Shown here piece by piece: positions 1-9,147 of a stretch of 64,000 bases of DNA. This DNA comes from a candidate division WWE3 bacterium RIFCSPHIGHO2_01_FULL_40_23 (lineage in GTDB: Bacteria; Patescibacteriota; WWE3; UBA101185; 2-01-FULL-41-18): assembly GCA_001772615.1 (NCBI GenBank), contig MEUZ01000003.1, positions 109,698-173,697 on the forward strand. Reading direction: 5' to 3'. Position 1 is the first letter of the stretch. The number at the start of each line of letters is the position of its first letter. The notes beneath the pieces were generated by a model that worked only from the letters and a program-made list of their open reading frames with translations, did not search any database and was not told the origin of the DNA. Made by a program: the position numbers and the translations under genes.

Positions 1-655
1 GCGTTTTATCGGAGAGGTATCCCCTCGCTTTACCAGCTTTAACAACCTTCGGGATAATATCAGCCTCAAGTGAGAATGGCGCTCTTTTGCCTTTAAGAAA
101 CTCAAATATACCTTTATTTATTAAGTACACACCCCCACTTACAAGTCCGGCCACCGGATCTTCTCTATCCCCATAAAGTTTTTCAGCATAAGACTTAATT
201 TTAAAATTCTTGTCTATCTCAATACAGCTGTATCTTCTGACATCTAAAACATTACTTAAAGCTATTGAAAGAATCGGTTTTCTCGCTTTATGAAAAAGAT
301 AAAAAGCATTTAAGTTGATATTAAAAAAAGTATCCCCGTTAACAAGTAAAAAATCCTCGTCATGCGCTATGAATTCCCTCGCCTTAAGGAGTGCTCCTCC
401 TGTACCCATAGGTTTATCTTCTACTACAAACCTGTAAGTGACATCTGCTCTCTTATCTTTTCCAAGATGGGATTTAATCTGATCGGCTTTATGATACATT
501 GACAAAATAATGTCTTTGTGACCGGAAGATACAAGCCAATCAATTACATAATCAAGAAAGCTTTTTCCGGCTATAGGGGCAAGCGGTTTTGGTTTATCGG
601 AAATGACGGAAGACAACCTAGTCCCAAGTCCGCCACACAAAACCACTACCTTCAT
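1..655 (-). CDS. Sugar-phosphate nucleotidyltransferase, probably a heptose-1-phosphate guanylyl/nucleotidyltransferase of the HddC type. The N-terminal part lies in the window and the 3' end lies beyond the window start.
   Basis: The minus-strand translation starts MKVVVLCGGLGTRLSSVISDKPKPLAPIAGKSFLDYVI. This carries the GxGTRL NTP-transferase signature. Its ATG overlaps the stop of the downstream GT2 gene (ATGA). The gene sits next to gmhA. Confidence 0.7.
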   Translation of the reverse strand, partial: MKVVVLCGGLGTRLSSVISDKPKPLAPIAGKSFLDYVIDWLVSSGHKDIILSMYHKADQIKSHLGKDKRADVTYRFVVEDKPMGTGGALLKAREFIAHDEDFLLVNGDTFFNINLNAFYLFHKARKPILSIALSNVLDVRRYSCIEIDKNFKIKSYAEKLYGDREDPVAGLVSGGVYLINKGIFEFLKGKRAPFSLEADIIPKVVKAGKARGYLSDKT

Positions 656-1524
656 TCCTCTTTAATTCCCCCCTTCTCAAGTTCTGAACTCCTCTCGTCT
701 TTTCCTCCTCTTAAAATGTAAGCTAAACCCCCTAAACTTGCTGAAGCACCTTTAATTACATAAAGCAATATTAGTCCTAACCATAAATCAGGCTTTGACA
801 AGGCTTTTCTCGTAAAATAAGACCTTCTTGGAAGACTATGCATTGCGACATCCTTAGGATAATACTTTAAGCAAATAAAGTAGGACTGGCCATAGTGAAA
901 AAACCTTTTAATGTACTTTACCCACGTATTTTGTTCGTAATGATAAATGCTAAGATCAGCCCTGAACTTAACTTTTGGCTTAAATTTTAAGGTCTCTATA
1001 TATATAGCATTGTGCTCAAACATAAAGAGCTTCACCGGCCAGTCTATTTTTGAAAGTATCTTTTTTCTAAAAAATCTTGGGATAGCAGAGCCCATAAGAG
1101 GGTCATCATCTTCCAGGGAGTGAAAGATCCATTTATCATACTCAATAATCTTTTCAAGATAAGTGTTATTTAAAACTATGGACCTTTCAAAAAGGGTAAC
1201 CTCATCATACCCTCCGGTTTCGCATTCCTTTACACACTCGCTTATTGTATCTTTATCAATTGTCTGATCAGAATCAATAAAAAAAATATATACTCCTCTG
1301 CTCATATCAAAGCCAAGTTTTCTTGCTTTACCTACTGCTAATGCGTAACCGACTTTACAACCATATCTTTTAGCTATTTTTACGGTTTTATCTTTGCTAA
1401 AGCCATCTATAAGGATAATTTCCATGTTTTTATAAGACTGGCTTTTAATTGATTTCAGAGTTTTTTCCAGAGTGGCTTCGGAGTTAAAGGTGGGTATATT
1501 AACAGAAACTAGAGGTTCTTTCAT
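652..1524 (-). CDS. Family 2 glycosyltransferase (GT-A fold).
   Basis: The N-terminus reads VSVNIPTFNSEATLEKTLKSIKSQSY...EIILIDGFSKDKT, and the sequence carries a DSD(Q) DXD-like motif. Confidence 0.8.
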   Translation of the reverse strand: MKEPLVSVNIPTFNSEATLEKTLKSIKSQSYKNMEIILIDGFSKDKTVKIAKRYGCKVGYALAVGKARKLGFDMSRGVYIFFIDSDQTIDKDTISECVKECETGGYDEVTLFERSIVLNNTYLEKIIEYDKWIFHSLEDDDPLMGSAIPRFFRKKILSKIDWPVKLFMFEHNAIYIETLKFKPKVKFRADLSIYHYEQNTWVKYIKRFFHYGQSYFICLKYYPKDVAMHSLPRRSYFTRKALSKPDLWLGLILLYVIKGASASLGGLAYILRGGKDERSSELEKGGIKEE

Positions 1525-1640
1525 TTTTTAGCTCCTAAGTATTAATACATTCGGGTCGATTCCTACAAAGCTATCACTTTATGCTCCAGCTAAACTTATA
1601 TATAAAAACTCATAAGAAATCAAACCTCCAATCTTAAAGC

Positions 1641-2357
1641 TTATTTTTCGTTTTTTGCCAAGAAAGCAATATATACCGAATGGGAAGGGTCTAACTCTGC
1701 GAACTGATTTCCTATCACATTGGGGAAAGGATAATAACCTGAAACAACAGGTTTAAGATCCTTAAAACCATAAAGTAGAAGAAATTCCTTTAAAGCTCTG
1801 GAAGTAAAAACGCTTCGATGAAGCCAGAATGCATCCTTTTCTTCTCCGGAAACACTACTAAAGGGATTTCCTATACTGTGTTTCTTGATACATATATTCG
1901 TTGTACTAAAAGGTTGAAATCCAAGGAACAAAGAAGCTGTGTTATGCCATGCGGAGAGATTCTCCGTTGAAAGCAGTAGTGTTCCACCTTTCTTTAAAAC
2001 CCTTTTTATATTTATAAGAAAATTATCAACCGAAAAGAGATGCTCTATCACATTGTTACTGAAAACGAAATCAAATGTGTCATCTTTTACTCTCCAAACT
2101 TCCTTACTTACATCTTCCTTAACTATCTTTATTTTCCTCTTCCTTGCGTCTTTAATACCCGCCTCATCAATCTCCATCCCATAAACTTCTTTTGCATTAC
2201 AAGCCTTTGCGATCAAAAGCGTCTTTTCTCCTCCCCCGCATCCAACATCCAGAAACTTATGCACTTTTAATCCCAAGTTTCCAACAAATTTTTCAAGCCT
2301 TCTTACATAATTTCCCTCTGCGCTCTTAACCAGATGATTAATATAGGCGGATACCAT
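1641..2357 (-). CDS. Class I SAM-dependent methyltransferase.
   Basis: Motif I is LDVGCGGGEKT. The sequence also contains FDFVFSNNVIEHL and KKGGTLLLST. Confidence 0.75.
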   Translation of the reverse strand: MVSAYINHLVKSAEGNYVRRLEKFVGNLGLKVHKFLDVGCGGGEKTLLIAKACNAKEVYGMEIDEAGIKDARKRKIKIVKEDVSKEVWRVKDDTFDFVFSNNVIEHLFSVDNFLINIKRVLKKGGTLLLSTENLSAWHNTASLFLGFQPFSTTNICIKKHSIGNPFSSVSGEEKDAFWLHRSVFTSRALKEFLLLYGFKDLKPVVSGYYPFPNVIGNQFAELDPSHSVYIAFLAKNEK

Positions 2358-2389
2358 AATACTTAATACCTCCTAATGTTAAATAGCAT

Positions 2390-2962
2390 CTAAAAACCGG
2401 CCTCAATAATATCACAAAGAGTATGGATAATAAGGATGTGCATTTCCTGAATTCTTGCAGTATCCGAAGAAGGAACAATTAAACTAAGATCGCAAAATCC
2501 TTTAATCTTACCTCCTTTATTTCCGGTAAAAGATATTGTTTTAAGACCCAAGGAAGTTGCTTTCCTTGCCGCTTCTATAACGTTTTTAGAATTTCCACTG
2601 GTTGTAATTCCTATAAAAACATCGCCCTTCTTGCCAAAAGCCTCAACCTGTCTTGAAAATACTCTCTCAAAATCATAGTCATTTGGTATCGCAGTCATGG
2701 TAGAAGGATTTGCGGTTAAAGAAATTGCCGGCAGCGCACGCCTTTCCTTCCTGAACTTGCAAACAAGCTCCGCCGCGAAATGATTTGCATCCGAGGCACT
2801 GCCTCCGTTACCGCATATCAAAACCTTTCTACCATTCCTTAAAGCACTAACAAGAGTTCTAGATACTGCCTTAACATCAGCCGACAGCTTGACATAAGTC
2901 AACTCGTTAAGCTCCCTGGACTTGGAAAAACTGTCATCAATAAAATTTGAAACGTTACCCAT
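2390..2962 (-). CDS. gmhA: D-sedoheptulose-7-phosphate isomerase (phosphoheptose isomerase, SIS domain).
   Basis: SIS-domain signatures are present: LICGNGGSASDANHFAAEL, GITTSGNSKNVIEAA and QEMHILIIHTLCDIIE. Confidence 0.8.
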   Translation of the reverse strand: MGNVSNFIDDSFSKSRELNELTYVKLSADVKAVSRTLVSALRNGRKVLICGNGGSASDANHFAAELVCKFRKERRALPAISLTANPSTMTAIPNDYDFERVFSRQVEAFGKKGDVFIGITTSGNSKNVIEAARKATSLGLKTISFTGNKGGKIKGFCDLSLIVPSSDTARIQEMHILIIHTLCDIIEAGF

Positions 2963-3123
2963 TGAAGTATTTTAAAACATATTTTTACGTGTCAGTCCAA
3001 TCGCAGGGCTAAAAGAAAGTTTTTGACAGTTCCTTAGCAAGCTTAATTCCATAGTTTGTATTTCTATAATCTTAATCCTAAATTTTATTTTTCTTGAAAC
3101 AAGAAAATTTAAATAAAAGGCTC

Positions 3124-4806
3124 TTAATTAATGGATTTAAGGGGTGCTTCAATAGATTCTTTTTCTTTAGCTTCGGCTTCGGCACTTTCTTTAATTGACT
3201 TTTCAACAGTCTTGTCCGCCTTGCTTGGGAAGAGAGTTTTAGCAAGGGATTTAAATGCGTTAACCCAGAACTTAGGGGAGAGCACATTTACTTTTGTTTG
3301 GTTAGGATCAAAATCAAGAAGATGCCCTACAAGCTTCCAAGCGGAGTAATAAAGATACTTGATATCATCTAAAGTCCTTATTTCCAAAGCTCTTCTTAAC
3401 ATATACCTTGGGGTAAAAAATGAAGAGTACAGCTCTTGGGTCAGCTCCAGAATTTGCTCATTCGTCAAGGGGCTTTTCATAACGGCTTTTCTCATGTCAT
3501 ATTCTTCATAATCCTCCGTTAGAAGCCACCCCTTCTCCCCGCATTCTTTCCAAAGCGGAGTTCCAGGATAAGGTATAACAATTGTAGCCTGCATGGTATC
3601 AACGTAACCTTTATCAAAGCACCTCTTGGCAAGCGCAATTGTGTTTTTGGCCATTTCATATGTTTCCCATGGGTACCCAAGCATTATGGTTAAGTGGGGA
3701 TCCAGGCCTGCCTTCTTTGCCATCCTAACACCCTCCTCAATCTGATGGACTTTAACACCTTTATCAAGCTTATCTAATGTGTATTGATTTCCTGATTCCA
3801 TCCCATAAAGAATAAACCTGAAGTTTGCCTTCCCCATAAGATCATAATATTCCTGGGTAAGAGCGTTAAGCCTCATATTACAGCCGTACACCACTTTTTT
3901 GCTGTATCCGCTATCTATTAAGAGATTACAGAAAGTTTTAAGCCACGGGCCAACGGCAAGCGTACCGGCGTCATCAAAAATTTCTTTAACTCCATAATTA
4001 TCTACAACATGCTTGACTTCGGCAAAAAGCCTTTCGGGCGTAAACCTTCTGTAAGAGCCGATTTCATTAATAGTATGATCCCAAACACAAAAGGTGCACC
4101 TATTCCACCAGCAGTCTCTTCCGGAATACATATATGTTGCAGGTGTAAATCTATAATTTCCGTTAGCATAAGCGTAATACTCCCAATGAGTTAGGTCGCG
4201 ATCCACAAATGGAAGCTCATCAAGAACATGCTTTAAAACCTGCCTTCCGCTGCATGCTAAATCCAATCCATTATCCGATTTCTCAATCTTGGCCGGTTCC
4301 TGTTTTACTCTTTTATCCCCCGCTCTATACCAAAACCCACCTTCCAGTTTTTCGCCACTCGTTAGGTGGTTGAGAAGATTAACGATAAGAAAATCATAAT
4401 CTCCGCCTGCAATAATGAAATCCACCGGAGAATGGTCAAAGGATTCCTTTGGAAGGAAAGTTACATGATCACCGCACCAGACTAAAATCATTTCGGGAAA
4501 TCTCTCTTTAAGATCCTTCATAACCTTCCAATGCTGTTTTATAACAGGAGCTTTTGTCTCAACAAGAAGAAGGTCGGGTTTTTCATTTGACAGCTCATCC
4601 AACCACTCGTTATACATTTGCTTAGCCGCTATCCCATCCATCCACACAACATCGTAACCGTGCTTCTTCAAGTTAGAGGCTGCGTAAGCCGGTACCATAG
4701 GATAGATATAAGTTTCAGCGTTAAAATATTGAAATTGTCTATTTTGTGATAGAAGAGGAACTCCTTTATCCGTTTCAATAGGCGGGTATCCAACGGCTAT
4801 TTTCAT
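3124..4806 (-). CDS. Radical-SAM enzyme with an N-terminal B12-binding domain. It may be a C-methyltransferase or glycan-modifying enzyme. It has an atypical Cys motif.
   Basis: The N-terminal Rossmann-like B12-binding region is followed by SGRDCWWNRCTFCVWD (Cx4Cx2C) and a TIM-barrel-like core. The C-terminus is a low-complexity, E/K-rich tail. Confidence 0.6.
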   Translation of the reverse strand: MKIAVGYPPIETDKGVPLLSQNRQFQYFNAETYIYPMVPAYAASNLKKHGYDVVWMDGIAAKQMYNEWLDELSNEKPDLLLVETKAPVIKQHWKVMKDLKERFPEMILVWCGDHVTFLPKESFDHSPVDFIIAGGDYDFLIVNLLNHLTSGEKLEGGFWYRAGDKRVKQEPAKIEKSDNGLDLACSGRQVLKHVLDELPFVDRDLTHWEYYAYANGNYRFTPATYMYSGRDCWWNRCTFCVWDHTINEIGSYRRFTPERLFAEVKHVVDNYGVKEIFDDAGTLAVGPWLKTFCNLLIDSGYSKKVVYGCNMRLNALTQEYYDLMGKANFRFILYGMESGNQYTLDKLDKGVKVHQIEEGVRMAKKAGLDPHLTIMLGYPWETYEMAKNTIALAKRCFDKGYVDTMQATIVIPYPGTPLWKECGEKGWLLTEDYEEYDMRKAVMKSPLTNEQILELTQELYSSFFTPRYMLRRALEIRTLDDIKYLYYSAWKLVGHLLDFDPNQTKVNVLSPKFWVNAFKSLAKTLFPSKADKTVEKSIKESAEAEAKEKESIEAPLKSIN

Positions 4807-4881
4807 TATTACAGCATGGTACTATAGATACCTATCTATGTCAAAAAAAGTTGTTATACCGGGTCTTACTAATAGTATCTT

Positions 4882-5850
4882 TTAGAGTATCTCACAGAAG
4901 GCCTCTTTTAAAACCTTAAGTTTCTCCTCGTTATTAAAAACTTGGGAAGAGTCCGCTATACTTAACCCCATCAGGTCTTTTTTAGAAAGCAAGGAAAGCA
5001 GACTCTGAAGCTCAAGGATGCCCATACTATCCAATTCTTTTGAGGTTAATATTGAAGGGTAAAGTACACAAGAACTATAGTATTCAAGCATTTCATCCAC
5101 AAAGGAAAGATCTTTCTCATTAAGTTTGAAATAAAGCATCGGACAGATAAAATCAAGCTTAGAAGATAGCTCAAAAGCATTCTGACCAAGAATTCTTGTT
5201 ATTGCGCTCCCGTACTCTTTATCAGTCCAGGGAATTATAAAAGCGCCAAGTTTCACAGAAGATATCCCGGAAATCACTTCACTTGCGCTTTCTACAAAAG
5301 AGGTTATGGTCTTAGTTTTAAACTCAAGCCATTCAAGATAAAATTGACCATCAATGGCTTCTACAAGCTCCTTTCTACTTTCAGGAAGCTTTTCATTATT
5401 AAGGTAACCTTCCCTAAACTTATTAATACAGACCTCACAGTAACATGTATCAAAAATGATAGGTTCAGAAGGGATCCAGTATGTTGGGTAGTGAAGTGAG
5501 GAAAGAATTATTGATCTGATATTCTTATTTAAAGAAAGTTCCTTAATTCTCTCAAGCTTTGATCTTCTTACATCCTCATTATTAGGGCATACTCCATAAT
5601 ACCAGTCTTTACTGCAGTCTCTTCCTTCGGCTTCTAAAGGAGCCGCCGAAGGAAATTCGGATAAAAGCTCACCCCCTGAAAAGACTTCCACTGAAACATC
5701 TATATTAAGTCCATCGTTCACTCTCAAAACAGATGAGATAAAAGTTTCATCAAGATTTTTCTCATCCACAATTACCGAAGATAAACAAAGCTCATCCAAA
5801 AGCCTCAAAAAAGCGGGATCTGAATTTAAAATCTGGGACGATTTTTCCAT
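4882..5850 (-). CDS. Hypothetical protein of 322 aa with unknown function. It is co-oriented with the radical-SAM enzyme and the ferredoxin.
   Basis: This is a long ORF with no recognisable motif. It contains a CYCEVC cysteine cluster. It is tightly packed between a ferredoxin gene and the radical-SAM gene. Confidence 0.5.
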   Translation of the reverse strand: MEKSSQILNSDPAFLRLLDELCLSSVIVDEKNLDETFISSVLRVNDGLNIDVSVEVFSGGELLSEFPSAAPLEAEGRDCSKDWYYGVCPNNEDVRRSKLERIKELSLNKNIRSIILSSLHYPTYWIPSEPIIFDTCYCEVCINKFREGYLNNEKLPESRKELVEAIDGQFYLEWLEFKTKTITSFVESASEVISGISSVKLGAFIIPWTDKEYGSAITRILGQNAFELSSKLDFICPMLYFKLNEKDLSFVDEMLEYYSSCVLYPSILTSKELDSMGILELQSLLSLLSKKDLMGLSIADSSQVFNNEEKLKVLKEAFCEIL

Positions 5851-6083
5851 TAGCCTTCTTTCTCCTCCGGCCAGATCCTCTTTCCAGTTTCCTCATCATC
5901 AAGAATAATAGCAAGAGTCGGACATGACTTTGCCGCCGCAATGATGGCCTGCACGCTGTCACCAGGAATATCTTTTACGATGGCTATATTCTCATTATCC
6001 AGCTCAAAGGTGTTCGGAGCTTGTACCACACATGTACCTGCTCCTATGCATAAATCTCTAATTACAGTTATTTTAACCTTCAT
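5850..6083 (-). CDS. Small single-cluster ferredoxin.
   Basis: The sequence MKVKITVIRDLCIGAGTCV...AAKSCPTLAI shows the Cx2Gx2C...CP ferredoxin pattern. Confidence 0.65.
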   Translation of the reverse strand: MKVKITVIRDLCIGAGTCVVQAPNTFELDNENIAIVKDIPGDSVQAIIAAAKSCPTLAIILDDEETGKRIWPEEKEG

Positions 6084-6084
6084 T

Positions 6085-7101
6085 TTACCCCTCTATATAT
6101 TTGCCTTCTTTTTTACTCACAGCTTTTAAGTTTAGCTTTGGTTTTTTAAAAAGTCCATACAAAAAATAGAAGCCATAAACCAGATGAGTCAGAAAAACAC
6201 CCATTATAAAATAAAATGTAAGTAAAATGTTCTTTTCTTTACTAAAAACTTTTACTGCCTCATTTAAGAGAAGGATTACATACAAACCGACCACGGAAAA
6301 GTAAAAATAAAAAAAGAACCTGCTAAAGAAAAAAGTTAATGGTCCAAAAAATAAGCCTAAGATAAAAAGCGAGGGCACAAAATACTGAAGTTTTCTTGAA
6401 TTTTTAGGAAATATTTTGGCAAATTGCCCTCTGTGCATACCATATCTTGAAACCTGCTTTAAATGAGGCAAAAAAACAGTCCTTCTATGATGAAAAACAA
6501 CAACTAACGGGTCATATAAAATCTTCTTTCCAGTCTCTTCCAATAAATCAAGGCAAAGTTTAGTATCCTCTCCAGGCCAAAATTCACTTTTAAAACCACC
6601 CACCTTCTTAAAATCCGAAAAAAGAACAAAAAGATTTACCGAAGGGTAATCATCAACATACATCCTTTTACCCACCACATGTCTATGGTAGGTCCCTCCT
6701 CCTGCAAGAGCTGAAGACAAAATTTCACCTGAAACTTTTTCCAAAAAACCTTCATTCGGAGGAGTAATTGATGGCCCACCCACTCCACATAAATTTTTAT
6801 CCGAAAAGTCGGAAGTTGCCTTCTCAAGCCAATCGCTTCTGGGATATGCATCATCGTCAAGAAAAGCAAGAATTTTACCCGAAGCGTACCTTAACGCGAG
6901 GTTTCTTTTATCTGAAGGCCCGACTTTTCCAGAAGGGATCATTTTAAAGTTTTTTGGTAAACCTCTAAAAATCTCTTCTTCATCAGTTATTATAAGAACT
7001 TCATAATTACTATATTTAAGCTTTTTAAGATGAGGAATAGCGTCCCTAAGATAGTTGGTAATTGTTCTTACCGGTATGATAATTGATACCTTTGGCTTCA
7101 T
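6085..7101 (-). CDS. Family 2 glycosyltransferase with C-terminal transmembrane helices.
   Basis: The N-terminus reads KVSIIIPVRTITNYL...EVLIITDEEE, and the sequence contains LDDDAYP. The C-terminal 90 aa are hydrophobic. Confidence 0.75.
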   Translation of the reverse strand: MKPKVSIIIPVRTITNYLRDAIPHLKKLKYSNYEVLIITDEEEIFRGLPKNFKMIPSGKVGPSDKRNLALRYASGKILAFLDDDAYPRSDWLEKATSDFSDKNLCGVGGPSITPPNEGFLEKVSGEILSSALAGGGTYHRHVVGKRMYVDDYPSVNLFVLFSDFKKVGGFKSEFWPGEDTKLCLDLLEETGKKILYDPLVVVFHHRRTVFLPHLKQVSRYGMHRGQFAKIFPKNSRKLQYFVPSLFILGLFFGPLTFFFSRFFFYFYFSVVGLYVILLLNEAVKVFSKEKNILLTFYFIMGVFLTHLVYGFYFLYGLFKKPKLNLKAVSKKEGKYIEG

Positions 7102-7904
7102 TTTCTCATCCCGCTTTTAACCCCACTTAACTTATGTACTTTCATCCAGTTTCTCTTATTTGAATCCTCATAATACTTAAGAAAGTGGAGCCTATAGAAT
7201 ATGGCTAGGGTATCAATAAAAACACCTCTTATATCAGGGTTTAAAAAAAGAAACGCGCTTTTTTTAAAGGAAGTATTCTCAAAATCCCAGTTAATTTCAA
7301 CAGGCGCTTCAAAAATTCTTCTAAACCCCAGATGATTAGCAACAGCGAGAGATTCTATATCAAACGCAAATCGTTTAACTACAAGTCTTGGAAAAACACG
7401 GTCAACAACTTCTCTTCTGTAAACTTTAAGTCCGGTTTGAGTGTCCCCTACTCGCACCCCAAAAAGGGCCTTAACAATTAAATGGTAACCAAAACTGTAA
7501 ATCCTTCTAAAAAGCGGATATTCGTGGATTTTGGAAACAGGGTGCCTTTTGCTTCCGACAATAATATCCGCCCGGTACCACTCCATATGTTCAAGAACCA
7601 TTGAAATCCCATTGGCATTTATGTCCATCCCCGCATCAATAAAAATTACTATATCACCGGAACATAAACTTGCCCCATACCTTATAGCATAACCCTTCCC
7701 TTTATTTATCCTGTAACCTATAACCCTAATATTTCTTTTCTCAACTCTCTTTGCTTCATCAAAAGTTTTGTCTGCAAAGCCGTCAACAACAACAATAATC
7801 TCAAATCTGTACCTTGTCTGGGACATAACTTTATGAATATTTTGTATGTCCTTCTTAATTGTCTTCTCCTGCTTGTAAGACGGAACGATTACCGATACCA
7901 ACAT
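7098..7904 (-). CDS. Family 2 glycosyltransferase. The start is chosen at the internal Met, so the gene is shorter than the track ORF.
   Basis: The N-terminus reads MLVSVIVPSYKQEKTI...EIIVVVDGFADKT. The track ORF 7098..7931 overlaps the upstream flippase by 77 nt, and the later ATG reduces that overlap. Confidence 0.7.
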   Translation of the reverse strand: MLVSVIVPSYKQEKTIKKDIQNIHKVMSQTRYRFEIIVVVDGFADKTFDEAKRVEKRNIRVIGYRINKGKGYAIRYGASLCSGDIVIFIDAGMDINANGISMVLEHMEWYRADIIVGSKRHPVSKIHEYPLFRRIYSFGYHLIVKALFGVRVGDTQTGLKVYRREVVDRVFPRLVVKRFAFDIESLAVANHLGFRRIFEAPVEINWDFENTSFKKSAFLFLNPDIRGVFIDTLAIFYRLHFLKYYEDSNKRNWMKVHKLSGVKSGMRK

Positions 7905-9147
7905 ATCCCATATAGTACAACACAATCGCAAGAAGCAGTAAAAGGGAGATAGAGATATTTATGATCACAACTTCAAGCAGTGATTCGTGGTAAAGGCTTA
8001 TTAACACAAACTGCAGAAAAACAGCAGGGAATTGAAATAAAAAGACTTTGCCTTTATTTATGGCGAGAAAAAACATAACCATAAAATTTATCATTACGTA
8101 AAGGCCCATAAATACTGAAAAGGCGGGTATTAGAAATGAAGCCTTAAGAAATCTCTCTCCAAAAAGAAGGCCGACAAAAAAATCAGGAAAGGTAAAAAAC
8201 ATCAATACGGAAACTAAGGCAAGCGTGAGCTGGATTATAAAAAAGGGCTTTAAGCGCTTTGAAACATCTCCACCCTTGGCATATGCTTCCGAAACCTGCG
8301 GAAACATGACAACCGAAACCGAACCTGCACCAAAAAGGATCACCTTCCCAACAGTAACGGAAACCAAGTAAAGCCCCGCCGATACACCATCAAAAAAATG
8401 CTTCACGAGAATTACATCTACATTATTTAAAAGAACCATTCCTATATTAATCAAAAACGACGCAACGCCAAACTGAAGAAGTTTTCCGTATTCACCGTTC
8501 ATACCATTTCTCCACCCCCCAAAAAGACTCTCCCGCAAAAATAAAAGCCCCAAAAGAAATGAAAGTATCGTTGAAAAGCTCATCCCAAGGTACACACCTG
8601 AAACCCCTAACCCCAAAAACGCGAAGAAGGAAGGGATCGCAAATCTTAAAACAGATGCCGCTACCGAAAGAAAAGAAAAAGCTTTAAACCGTGAAAGACC
8701 CTGAAGATAAGAAAACGGTGGAATAATTAGAAAGGACACACCAAGGTAAATGGAAAAAAACAAAACCATATCGGATTTCTCAAGGTTTAAGTAAGATAAA
8801 ACAAAACTTTGTGAAAATACTACAAGAAGTGAGACAAGAATACCTATAGTGGATACAATTCCTATAAGTCTTGGGAGAAGACTTTTTATAGCCTCATACT
8901 CCCCTTTTGCTTTAAGGTCCGAAACCATTTTAATAACGGAAGTAATAAAAGCATTTATAGGAATGGAAAAAACGATTGATAAAGACAACAGGACACCAAA
9001 TTCTCCATATTCACTTATTGTTAAAAACCTTCCTAAAGAAAGCTGGAGCAAATAACTGAAAATACTGGATACAAATAGACTTGCAGTGACAATAAAACTT
9101 TTATAAACATCATCGTTTTTTAGAAGTAACCGCACCCTTTCAATCAT
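7855..9147 (-). CDS. Polysaccharide-biosynthesis flippase of the Wzx/MOP superfamily.
   Basis: This is a 430-aa polytopic membrane protein with about 12 hydrophobic segments. It lies between glycosyltransferase genes. Confidence 0.6.
   Translation of the reverse strand: MIERVRLLLKNDDVYKSFIVTASLFVSSIFSYLLQLSLGRFLTISEYGEFGVLLSLSIVFSIPINAFITSVIKMVSDLKAKGEYEAIKSLLPRLIGIVSTIGILVSLLVVFSQSFVLSYLNLEKSDMVLFFSIYLGVSFLIIPPFSYLQGLSRFKAFSFLSVAASVLRFAIPSFFAFLGLGVSGVYLGMSFSTILSFLLGLLFLRESLFGGWRNGMNGEYGKLLQFGVASFLINIGMVLLNNVDVILVKHFFDGVSAGLYLVSVTVGKVILFGAGSVSVVMFPQVSEAYAKGGDVSKRLKPFFIIQLTLALVSVLMFFTFPDFFVGLLFGERFLKASFLIPAFSVFMGLYVMINFMVMFFLAINKGKVFLFQFPAVFLQFVLISLYHESLLEVVIINISISLLLLLAIVLYYMGYVGIGNRSVLQAGEDN

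Noticed and set aside
518-721. A 67-aa plus-strand ORF.
   Set aside because: It lies antisense within the nucleotidyltransferase/GT2 junction and has no start context. The minus-strand gene carrying the GGLGTRL motif is clearly the real one.
3078-3287. A 69-aa minus-strand ORF overlapping the radical-SAM gene 3' end.
   Set aside because: It sits in an alternate frame of the K/E-rich low-complexity tail and is a translation artefact.
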